Part shown: piece by piece, positions 7,727 through 15,682 of the stretch
Position numbering within the stretch: position 1 is the stretch's first letter
How the letters are laid out: every line of letters begins with the position of its first letter
Source: Candidatus Omnitrophota bacterium
GTDB taxonomy: Bacteria; Omnitrophota; Gorgyraeia; Gygaellales; Profunditerraquicolaceae
Assembly (NCBI GenBank): GCA_028718245.1
Contig: JAQUME010000002.1
Span: 1-52,228 of the forward strand
Length of the DNA: 52,228 bases
Direction: 5' to 3'
Position numbers and translations under genes: made by a program
Notes under the pieces: generated by a model
Told to the model about the DNA's origin: nothing
The model's input: the letters and a program-made list of their open reading frames with translations, nothing else
Databases searched by the model: none

Positions 7727-9239
7727 CTTGGCTCGCTAAAAACTTTTTATTTAACTTTTCGATTACGGCTTTCAACGGGTCAACATCTTTCAATTGTAGT
7801 TTTACTCTATTTAACTCTCTTATCTTATTATTTATACTCTCGCTATTATAATCACCAGTAGAAATTTCTTTTAATAAATCACCAATTTCATTAGCCAAAT
7901 AAAGGTTGCGTGTTGTAGCAGCTCCAAAAATGTTATATAAAACATCCTCAGCAGACCACCCATAGGTATTACTCTCGATTAACTCTGCTTTTATCGGACT
8001 TTCTGGAGTATCTCTTGTCAAGCCTATTATTGAAGATGTGTCTTTCTCCAAATCTGAAACTAAAAAATGGGAGTGAGAAGCGATAATAAAATGTGCACTT
8101 TTATATTTCCCGAAAATCTTTTTTAAGAAATTAATATACTTTATTTGCCAATTAGGATGAAGACTGATTTCGGGCTCATCTATAAGGATCAAGCTATCTT
8201 CCTTTATTTTTGCTATCATACTCAACATAGAAACAAGAAAATGATACTCCCCAGAGCTACTACTTTCTAATTCATAGTCGCTATCCCCTTCGCTTTCTCG
8301 TTCTAAACCAAGACTCGGATAATATAATAAATCGAAAGAGCTCAGTTTTTTAAGCAACTCAAAATCATTTTTTAAATCATTGCTTGAGAAAATGTCATAT
8401 TGAAAATATTGAGTTCTAGCGCTTTCGTATTTTAATTTAGAGGTTATAAAATTTATAAATTTAATTAAGTCTTCTATCTCTTCATCCCGATCCTTAATGT
8501 TATTATAATATTTTAGACTCCATGGTTCAGTTTTTCTCTTAGTTATTTCTTTCCAATTCTCAAAAAAGGCTTTAAATTTCTTAATTGTTAGATCTCCTTT
8601 AAAAAAATAATGTTTATACTTGGGGTAATAGTAGACATACAATTTATGTTTTAAATTTAGAAAATCTAATATGTCACTCAAGTCTTTTTTAAAATCATCG
8701 CCATCTATCGCCTCTGCAATATTAGATACTGTTCTTCTAATGGATGTTTGTGTTCCAGCAGTTGAAGGACTACGTCTTATGCCCATATACTGATAGATAT
8801 CTTCCGGCTTACTTGGCACCATGGGGAATTTATCATTAAGCATTATTGCATTCGCTATTATCTTCTTAGGTAATTTCATCTTAGAAATATCGATATGTGC
8901 GCCATTTTTCCTTGTATGAGATTCGGCAGGAACCGCAACATGTATACCATCCTTCTCAGCTTTGGAATGATTCTGAAATTCATAATAGTCATCATCAATC
9001 TTATACTTTATATAATAAGTTGCAGGCACATAATATTTCTTGTCTGATACTTGCATTGCAGACATTTCTCTGAATATATCAATGATAACTCGCAGAATAT
9101 TGCTCTTACCTGTTCCATTTGCTCCAATAAGCAAAGTTGTATAGGGGCCTTTCCCTTCTTCATTCGCATCGACAAAATTCAGTTGAAGGCTACCCAATGA
9201 GGGGTGTTTATTTAAAGTGAGAGCTAATAATTTAAACAT
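7713..9239 (-). CDS. ptuA: ABC/AAA_15-AAA_21-type ATPase, Septu PtuA-like
   Basis: Walker A GANGTGKSN, signature-like SSGEYH, Walker B LILIDEPEISLHP and H-loop ASHSHF. A long insert lies between Walker A and the signature, as in OLD/SMC-like defence ATPases. Confidence 0.65.
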   Translation of the reverse strand: MFKLLALTLNKHPSLGSLQLNFVDANEEGKGPYTTLLIGANGTGKSNILRVIIDIFREMSAMQVSDKKYYVPATYYIKYKIDDDYYEFQNHSKAEKDGIHVAVPAESHTRKNGAHIDISKMKLPKKIIANAIMLNDKFPMVPSKPEDIYQYMGIRRSPSTAGTQTSIRRTVSNIAEAIDGDDFKKDLSDILDFLNLKHKLYVYYYPKYKHYFFKGDLTIKKFKAFFENWKEITKRKTEPWSLKYYNNIKDRDEEIEDLIKFINFITSKLKYESARTQYFQYDIFSSNDLKNDFELLKKLSSFDLLYYPSLGLERESEGDSDYELESSSSGEYHFLVSMLSMIAKIKEDSLILIDEPEISLHPNWQIKYINFLKKIFGKYKSAHFIIASHSHFLVSDLEKDTSSIIGLTRDTPESPIKAELIESNTYGWSAEDVLYNIFGAATTRNLYLANEIGDLLKEISTGDYNSESINNKIRELNRVKLQLKDVDPLKAVIEKLNKKFLASQDDKL

Positions 9240-9307
9240 GTTTATTCCTCCCTGTCCTGCCTTAACATAAACTTCTTACACACAATTCTAGCTTAGAGGA
9301 CATCAAT

Positions 9308-9973
9308 CTAATTATAGCAAGCACATAGATACTGCATAAGCACTGACATTTCGAACAAAACACCATCAAAACCTTTATCCTTCTTTAGGTGTTTATTATA
9401 CGCTTCATTTCCAGATACTAAATGGTATTTTTTCTTCTTAAAATCCCATACAAACTTAATCCTTGTCTTATCCGGGGCTCTTGCGGATAGGATTGAAAAA
9501 GCCTTTTTTAAGCCCTTTGCATGTTCATCTTCGTTTACGCCGTACTTCTTACAGTGCTTAACAATATACTTTACCCGAAGCTCTCTAACATAATCCATCA
9601 GCATCTCATCTTCTGTAACGGTCTTATAGGAATCTGGCAAGAGATCATCTATAGTCTTTTTTTCAAAAACAAACCTCTGGTATTCGGTTATGTTATTTTC
9701 TGAAATCCATTTATCTATAGTCCCCTTACGGAAAACAATCTTATTCTTTGAAAGCTGTGAGAAAGGCATTACTTTACGCTTAATCCAAGTATCTATAGTT
9801 TTCACTGGTACGCGCAGATAATCGGCCACCTCTTCTTCATTAAAAACTTGTCGGTCAGTTTTCTTGATTAAAGAAGCTTCTTGGAGGGATTTTTGATCTA
9901 AAAACTCACCGCAATATCTACACTTAATTGCTTCGTCTTGAATTTCTTCAGCACAAAAAGAACATCTTTTCAT
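9308..9973 (-). CDS. Zinc-ribbon plus excisionase/MerR-type HTH protein
   Basis: From ATG at 9973 the protein begins MKRCSFCAEEIQDEAIKCRYCGEF (CxxC-x10-CxxC ribbon). This is followed by EEEVADYLRVPVKTIDTWIKRKVMPF (HTH_17-like). The track ORF extends to a TTG at 10009. Confidence 0.6.
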   Translation of the reverse strand: MKRCSFCAEEIQDEAIKCRYCGEFLDQKSLQEASLIKKTDRQVFNEEEVADYLRVPVKTIDTWIKRKVMPFSQLSKNKIVFRKGTIDKWISENNITEYQRFVFEKKTIDDLLPDSYKTVTEDEMLMDYVRELRVKYIVKHCKKYGVNEDEHAKGLKKAFSILSARAPDKTRIKFVWDFKKKKYHLVSGNEAYNKHLKKDKGFDGVLFEMSVLMQYLCACYN

Positions 9974-9992
9974 AATCAGTATTTGAAATAGC

Positions 9993-11393
9993 TTAATATA
10001 AAGTTTCAATAAGATAACCTCTGCGCCCAGAACAGGGATACCCGCTCTTATCCTTATGGCTATTCAAAAGATCAGTATTGTTTTTTCTTCTAAATCTCTT
10101 CCCGCAATAGCTACACTCATATACATAAGTTATCTGAGAAGCATATAATCCTCCTATGCCAGAAAAAGATGATCTAACTGATCGCCTTCCACCTGAAGAA
10201 GAGAAATATTTGTCTCCATGATGTTCTCCTGCTTTTGATAATTCGACAGGATAACGAGGTGTAAATTTATCCTCAAGGCATTTAATTGAAGAAATCTTAT
10301 TGTTCACAAAACATTTAATTCCGGGACCGCTACTCCTACCTCCAGTTGTATCATAAGCGTAAAAATATTCTTGTCCATAACCATCCTGCCGAATTTTATA
10401 TACTAAAGAATATGGCTCAACAATTCTTTTGACACCATCATAAACTAGCTCTAGAAGACTAAAACTGCTTCCGGATTCCATTATAGGATTTCTTAATTCT
10501 GCTGGAAAATAACCGAAATGGGCAAAGCCCGTAGTGAAACTTCCAAAAAGTTCTTGAACTATTTGCCGGAAATTTATGAGAGCAAGATCGAAATCTATCA
10601 TACTAAATTTAGGACATACAATATATTGATTCCATATTCCTCTAAACACTTCTAGAGGCAGATTAAGTAATAGTTCCTTTGCTATTCCGGGACTTGGTTC
10701 ATAAATTGTTTTCTTTAGAAAAGTGGTGACGATTTCCGGTCTATTGACAGCAATGTCTCTATTAATGAATATAGAATAAATTAAATCATACAAATCATAT
10801 GAGTAACGCCTTTGAAGCAAACATTTTAGCTTAGTCGCTAATATTTCTTCTAACTTGATGCACCTTAAAAGTACACTACAATCAGAAGAGTCAGAATAGG
10901 GGTGTATTAAGAGCTTCTCTTGAACGGGCAAATAGATTTTATCAAGTTGTGTGATATCTAATCTTATCTTTATAATAATAGAATCCGGATTTCCATAAAA
11001 GTCTTTAAAGTATAATCTTACTTTAAATATTTTTCTCTCCTCGTCTCTCCCCCGAATCCCTATTAGAGATTCTTCATCAATTCTATTTTTATTTTTATCA
11101 AACTCTATTCTGCTCTTCTCTTGGACAAAATCACATATCTTATCTAGCTCGCTATGCAACAAATCAAATTGTAATTCACTTTCGGTTGTAAAATCTAAAT
11201 CATCAGAAAAACGAGTATGCACAAGATAAGCTTTCCGTAAGCAGTTCCCTCCCTTAAGAACCAGGGTATCTTTCAGTTTACTTGCAGAATATAGTCCAGA
11301 CAGAAACCAACCAAAGACATAATCTCGTTCTACATTAGCAACATTTATACCTAATTCTGTTGCCTTTTGTCCAATTTCATTCTTATCTATCAT
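9993..11393 (-). CDS. AbiEii/AbiGii-family nucleotidyltransferase fused to a C-terminal beta-rich (WYL-like?) region and a C2HC zinc motif
   Basis: N-terminal ERDYVFGWFL...LVLKGGNCLRKAYLVHTRFSDDLDF is the hallmark of DUF1814/AbiEii NTases. There is an extra roughly 170 aa: RIVEPYSLVYKIRQDGYGQEYFYAYD...IKCFVNNKISSIKCLEDKF, then YECSYCGKRFRRKNNTDLLNSHKDKSGYPC. Confidence 0.65.
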   Translation of the reverse strand: MIDKNEIGQKATELGINVANVERDYVFGWFLSGLYSASKLKDTLVLKGGNCLRKAYLVHTRFSDDLDFTTESELQFDLLHSELDKICDFVQEKSRIEFDKNKNRIDEESLIGIRGRDEERKIFKVRLYFKDFYGNPDSIIIKIRLDITQLDKIYLPVQEKLLIHPYSDSSDCSVLLRCIKLEEILATKLKCLLQRRYSYDLYDLIYSIFINRDIAVNRPEIVTTFLKKTIYEPSPGIAKELLLNLPLEVFRGIWNQYIVCPKFSMIDFDLALINFRQIVQELFGSFTTGFAHFGYFPAELRNPIMESGSSFSLLELVYDGVKRIVEPYSLVYKIRQDGYGQEYFYAYDTTGGRSSGPGIKCFVNNKISSIKCLEDKFTPRYPVELSKAGEHHGDKYFSSSGGRRSVRSSFSGIGGLYASQITYVYECSYCGKRFRRKNNTDLLNSHKDKSGYPCSGRRGYLIETLY

Positions 11394-11447
11394 AGATACA
11401 CTTCCTTAAAAGACTTGCCGAAGCGTTAAAAGTAAAACCTGCCGAGT

Positions 11448-12485
11448 CTAAGATATAGTTGCTACAATTACTCTCTTTACTAAATTTAGCAATTGTTTAA
11501 TTTCATTAGCATCCAAATGGACTTCTTGACCAGCAGTCTGCCAAGTAGATACTTGGTCTTTAAATTTTTCATCTACTAATCCTAGATTATGTGTAATAAC
11601 ATGTCTCTTTGCGAATTGATACTCTAGGAAAGTCTTATCCTTATCATCTATACTTGAAAAAATGTCTAGTTGCAAATTTGCTTTAAAGATTTGTTCTGCT
11701 TTAGATGGCTGTTGGAAAGAATTCCTTAATTTGCTTAATTTATCTTTACGATCATCCTCGCTAACCTTTCCCTTTAATTTATCGGCATATATTATTTTAA
11801 AGAAACCTTCAAATAGACTCACGCAATCCTCCAAGCTGTTACCTAAAAGATGATAGCCAGCTTCCTTGCCTGCCTTATTCACAATGGCATCATAACAATC
11901 GATTAGACTCATTATAATATCTACACTCTTATCCAGATGAAGTGCTAGATTTCCTTCACCGCAGAACGGGCAGTGCATCGAGATTCCATAGACCGCATAT
12001 CTTCTCCCACACCTATCGCAATCTATGATCCGTTTTAACTCATTTTCGGCATAGTGCCTAACGCTAGGAAGCGAACCTGGCTTATACTGTAAACTGATAC
12101 TAATAAAACCCTTGTTAGAAGACGGTGTACTGGATTTAAAAGTATCTCCAAGCATATCTTGAATCGTCTTCGCCACGTCTCTATATATCATTGATTCTAC
12201 CCACTCCGACTGACCCTTAGTGATAAATTGCTGAAAGCCATCTTTATAGCCACAATAAGGACAATATAAATATTCGAGTGACGTTTCTTCTTGGTTAGGT
12301 TCTACCTGTTTTTCGGTTTCAGGTTTATGGGAGGCTATTTTGAAATATTTTGGCTGGCACTCATCTTGATGACATTCACGGCCAACCATCCCATCTTCAT
12401 CTGGTGACAAAGGTATAACAAGCTTATCATGTCCTTCAGGAGTCTTGCCCTTATGGTACTTTTCCATATCATGCCACATATCCAT
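11448..12485 (-). CDS. Zinc-ribbon protein with C-terminal HEPN-like domain (Rx4H)
   Basis: CxxC pairs YCPYCGYKD and CDRCGRRY...CPFCGEGN. The C-terminal helical domain contains FAKRHVITHNLG (R-x4-H). The ATG at 12485 has an AAGGA SD 5 nt upstream. The track ORF extends to 12566. Confidence 0.55.
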   Translation of the reverse strand: MDMWHDMEKYHKGKTPEGHDKLVIPLSPDEDGMVGRECHQDECQPKYFKIASHKPETEKQVEPNQEETSLEYLYCPYCGYKDGFQQFITKGQSEWVESMIYRDVAKTIQDMLGDTFKSSTPSSNKGFISISLQYKPGSLPSVRHYAENELKRIIDCDRCGRRYAVYGISMHCPFCGEGNLALHLDKSVDIIMSLIDCYDAIVNKAGKEAGYHLLGNSLEDCVSLFEGFFKIIYADKLKGKVSEDDRKDKLSKLRNSFQQPSKAEQIFKANLQLDIFSSIDDKDKTFLEYQFAKRHVITHNLGLVDEKFKDQVSTWQTAGQEVHLDANEIKQLLNLVKRVIVATIS

Positions 12486-12510
12486 ATTTGTCCTTATTTC
12501 CTTAACGTTC

Positions 12511-12657
12511 TTATCGCGTTTCTTTTTCTTCTTTGTTCCATTCACACAATATCTTAAAAAATCCATTCAAATTATAACAGATCGCTTGATATTCCTCTTC
12601 GCTTATCTGTACACCATAAAACTCACCCCACTGTTCGATTTGTTCCTTTTTAGCCAT
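12511..12657 (-). CDS. Possible 48-aa small ORF translationally coupled to the RmuC-like gene
   Basis: Its ATG sits in ATGGCTAA, which overlaps the upstream stop codon. Translation: MAKKEQIEQWGEFYGVQISEEEYQAICYNLNGFFKILCEWNKEEKETR. It ends 25 nt before the 12485 start and is below the ORF-track length cutoff. Confidence 0.3.
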   Translation of the reverse strand: MAKKEQIEQWGEFYGVQISEEEYQAICYNLNGFFKILCEWNKEEKETR

Positions 12658-13993
12658 TTTCATTCTCATAGAGTGGAAGTCCTTTTAGGTCTTTCTGTAA
12701 AGTGACTGGGAATGCAATGCCTTTTGCTTCGGCCTCTTTCTGAATTTTATCATTATCAGACTCGAGATCCTTGTTGAGAATCTGTTTAGAGCGTCTCTCC
12801 TGGGGAGGATTTAGCTTTTCCGATTTTTCAAACTCAATTACCTTATCGAGTATTTCTTTAGGAAGATCAGCTTTACATTTAGTAAGAATATCGAGAAATT
12901 CCCAAGTAAAGAAATGATCAATTTGAATTCTTCGTTTTGTCATGTGAGCAAATTTACCAATTATACGACAGATATTTTCCCGTTCCTCTGGATTGAGCTG
13001 ATTAACAAATTCATAATCTTCTATTTTCTTAAGAGTAAGTATCAATGGCTCCAGCACATCTATGGTCACTATATAAACATTGTAATCGGCCATATTGTAA
13101 CTGAATGATTTGATAACTTGCACTGTATTAGATGGTATGACAAGGTAGATATCCCTGCGAACATTTTCTTCCTTAATATACTTCCTTATCGATTCAGTCT
13201 GAGCCTTAATATAATCAGGAAAATTATCAAGATTTTCCGAAGAAGGACTTTTGGCATCGAAAATGATATATTCATCACATAGCTTAATGGTATTATCAGG
13301 ATTACCTTTAAATGGAACCTTCTCAACATACTCGATAGTATGCTTATCACATATCATTTTGACAGTTTGCTTAACACTTTCTTGATGCTTTAACCAAGTT
13401 TCCTTCATTGACTCAATACGTAAAATCTCACTTTTCTGTCGCTCTTCTTGTTCTTTTTGACGATCAGTCTGGATTTCAGTTCTTATAGCATTAAGGCCTG
13501 CTACATCATTCTCATATTTTATCTTTCGATCCGACTCTGTCTGTTTAAAAACAATATTTTCTTTCCTGAGCTGCTCAACATTATTAGTCAGTTGCGCTAC
13601 CTGTTCTTTGACCAAGATGGATTCTTTATCTTGGTCAATTATCTTTTTTTCGGAAGACCTTATCTTCTCATCTTTCGCAGCAACTGAAGATTTAAGTCCG
13701 GATATCTCTTGTGCTGCCCTATCAAGCTCCTTATTTACATTCTCCAGAGAACTCTCTAACTTGCTTTTTTCTAATTTGAGATGTCCATTCTCGTTATTCA
13801 AGACTGCAATTGAATTCTTATTCTGCTCTCCTTCTTGAATAATTCGGTCGAGCAAATCTGATATTTTTTTAAATTCTTCATAGGCATCATAGCTTAATTC
13901 TTTCACTGGACGCCATCCGAAAATCCTCTGCCAAAAACCTAAACTCTTAATTTTTTCAAAAAATAAGCTAAGTTTTTCAGTTTTTGTATCCAT
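12650..13993 (-). CDS. RmuC-like coiled-coil nuclease-domain protein
   Basis: Long N-terminal coiled coil. C-terminal PDNTIKLCDEYIIFDAKSP...RKYIKEENVRRDIYLVIPSN matches the RmuC PD-(D/E)xK core pattern. Strong SD AAGGAGG lies upstream. Confidence 0.55.
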   Translation of the reverse strand: MDTKTEKLSLFFEKIKSLGFWQRIFGWRPVKELSYDAYEEFKKISDLLDRIIQEGEQNKNSIAVLNNENGHLKLEKSKLESSLENVNKELDRAAQEISGLKSSVAAKDEKIRSSEKKIIDQDKESILVKEQVAQLTNNVEQLRKENIVFKQTESDRKIKYENDVAGLNAIRTEIQTDRQKEQEERQKSEILRIESMKETWLKHQESVKQTVKMICDKHTIEYVEKVPFKGNPDNTIKLCDEYIIFDAKSPSSENLDNFPDYIKAQTESIRKYIKEENVRRDIYLVIPSNTVQVIKSFSYNMADYNVYIVTIDVLEPLILTLKKIEDYEFVNQLNPEERENICRIIGKFAHMTKRRIQIDHFFTWEFLDILTKCKADLPKEILDKVIEFEKSEKLNPPQERRSKQILNKDLESDNDKIQKEAEAKGIAFPVTLQKDLKGLPLYENENG

Positions 13994-14019
13994 GTCAACC
14001 TCCTTGATCTACCCTATAA

Positions 14020-14064
14020 ACAAAAAACCCTCGCTTGGGCATACTTGCCTATAGCGAAGGTTTT
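14020..14064 (-). terminator. Rho-independent terminator after the DUF2779 gene
   Basis: Arms AACCCTCGCT (14026..14035) and AGCGAAGGTT (14053..14062) with one mismatch. On the minus strand the hairpin is followed by TTTTTTG (A-run 14022..14027 on plus). Confidence 0.6.
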
Positions 14065-14164
14065 ACTTTTTTAACGTCCGGGACTTCCCCCTTCAAACAC
14101 GGGACTTACCAAATTGTTATATAAAGATTAACACTTTTTACCTTAAAGTCAAGCGAAATGATGC

Positions 14165-15649
14165 CTAGGCCGCTATTAGTTCTTTTAGTTTTTCACCAAT
14201 CCAAACCATGCCCTTTGTATCTAAGCAGCAATACTTTTCCAATTCTTTTCTTGTTTTTGCCTTCTCTTCATCAGAAACTTTCCCGAAAGTAACATTCAAA
14301 TATGATATACTGGCAACCTGCCCATCAGATATTTCCATATCTTTATAACCTTTACCAGTTATTGCTGGTAGAACTGCCTTGATAGAAGCGCTTCCCTTCT
14401 GTTCAGAATTATAATATTGGAAGTCTTGAAAAGGAGCGAATAAATCCACGATTCTTCCCACTATGCTATCGATCTCTGCCTTATGTTCAGGAAATGCCTC
14501 AGCAAGTTCTCTTAGTCTTGTCTTTTCAAAAGACGAATAAACAACCACGCTTCCCTTATCCCCCAAGACACTAATTAATGAAGTAACTAGTTTCTTCCTC
14601 GGATCATCAATGCCATCAGCGAGAAAAGAACGATGTTCAATTTCACCATCTTTATCTTTTACTATATGTATAGAGAATTGGAAAGGAATCTGCTGATATG
14701 GTTTTGTGCCATCGAATCTTGGAATAGCAGTCATATAACTCTCAAAATCTAGATAATACAGAGGATATAGTAATGAATTAATAAAATTTTTAATGTCTTC
14801 TTTTGAAATATGCACGGAATTGGTTAAAACACATTTCTTCTGAATAAGCTGTTTCTCGGTTAGCTTAAAACCATCCGGGATATCCTTAATTTCACATATA
14901 CCCCGTGCAAATAGCTCAAAGGATTTCTTGCCTCCACGAGTTAATTCAAAAACATTATTTATGGGTAGAAATTCCCAACAGTGGCCCTTCAAAAGACATT
15001 CATCTGGATCTTTGCAATGCTGACTTATAGTGATTTTAGGACATTCTTTTTCATGAATGATTTTTACCATTTCTTCAATTTCTTTTTGGATATTCTCTGT
15101 ATCAATATTGACATTGGCAGTTATATCTTCTATCTTAAACATTCCATGAGGATCAAGTCCTCCTTGCCGTACATATCCGTTATTGATATAAGCGATGCAA
15201 CATTTCCTAATTTTTAAACCTGCTCGTTCACAGCAAAATTTCTGAAAAGAAATTTCAGCAATGTAATGAGATTTTATATCTGTTGCATTTTTTATATCAA
15301 TAATGTCCCACAAATCATTATCTACTGGCTTTAGAATATCTATCTGAGAATATATATTATCAACTAAAATACCTGCCCCAAATATCAACTTACGCTGTTT
15401 TATGAAAGCCCTTGTTTGCTCAATATGGCTTGCGAAGTCTTCAATAGGGACTTCTATCCCTCCTGGATACAATTGCTGAACTAGCTCACCAACTAATTTT
15501 CTCTCATTAATTCTATATCCAGCAACAATGTCGGGTTCTGGAATTAGTTTAGGGGATCCAAAAGTAACCCATAGATACTTTGGGCACTGCAAGCCATGCA
15601 TATACTTTCTTTTAGTAAGAAGTTTATCTATTTTCATTCCGATTTTCAA
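14165..15649 (-). CDS. DUF2779-family protein (Cas4/RecB-like Cys-cluster nuclease N-domain plus exonuclease-like C-domain)
   Basis: N-terminus KRKYMHGLQCPKYLW, Cys cluster HCKDPDECLLKGHCW, and the motif YYLDFESYMTAIPRFDGTKPYQQIPFQFSIH characteristic of DUF2779. 34 nt downstream of the helicase gene. TTG start at 15649 or ATG at 15637. Confidence 0.6.
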   Translation of the reverse strand: MKIGMKIDKLLTKRKYMHGLQCPKYLWVTFGSPKLIPEPDIVAGYRINERKLVGELVQQLYPGGIEVPIEDFASHIEQTRAFIKQRKLIFGAGILVDNIYSQIDILKPVDNDLWDIIDIKNATDIKSHYIAEISFQKFCCERAGLKIRKCCIAYINNGYVRQGGLDPHGMFKIEDITANVNIDTENIQKEIEEMVKIIHEKECPKITISQHCKDPDECLLKGHCWEFLPINNVFELTRGGKKSFELFARGICEIKDIPDGFKLTEKQLIQKKCVLTNSVHISKEDIKNFINSLLYPLYYLDFESYMTAIPRFDGTKPYQQIPFQFSIHIVKDKDGEIEHRSFLADGIDDPRKKLVTSLISVLGDKGSVVVYSSFEKTRLRELAEAFPEHKAEIDSIVGRIVDLFAPFQDFQYYNSEQKGSASIKAVLPAITGKGYKDMEISDGQVASISYLNVTFGKVSDEEKAKTRKELEKYCCLDTKGMVWIGEKLKELIAA

Positions 15650-15682
15650 AAGGGTTTATTTTAAAGTTTATTCCAAATTCTT

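Noticed and set aside
7091-9239. A retron-associated Septu (RT plus msr/msd next to PtuAB).
   Set aside because: There is no reverse-transcriptase ORF, and I found no structured repeat-flanked non-coding stretch nearby. Intergenic gaps are under 100 nt.
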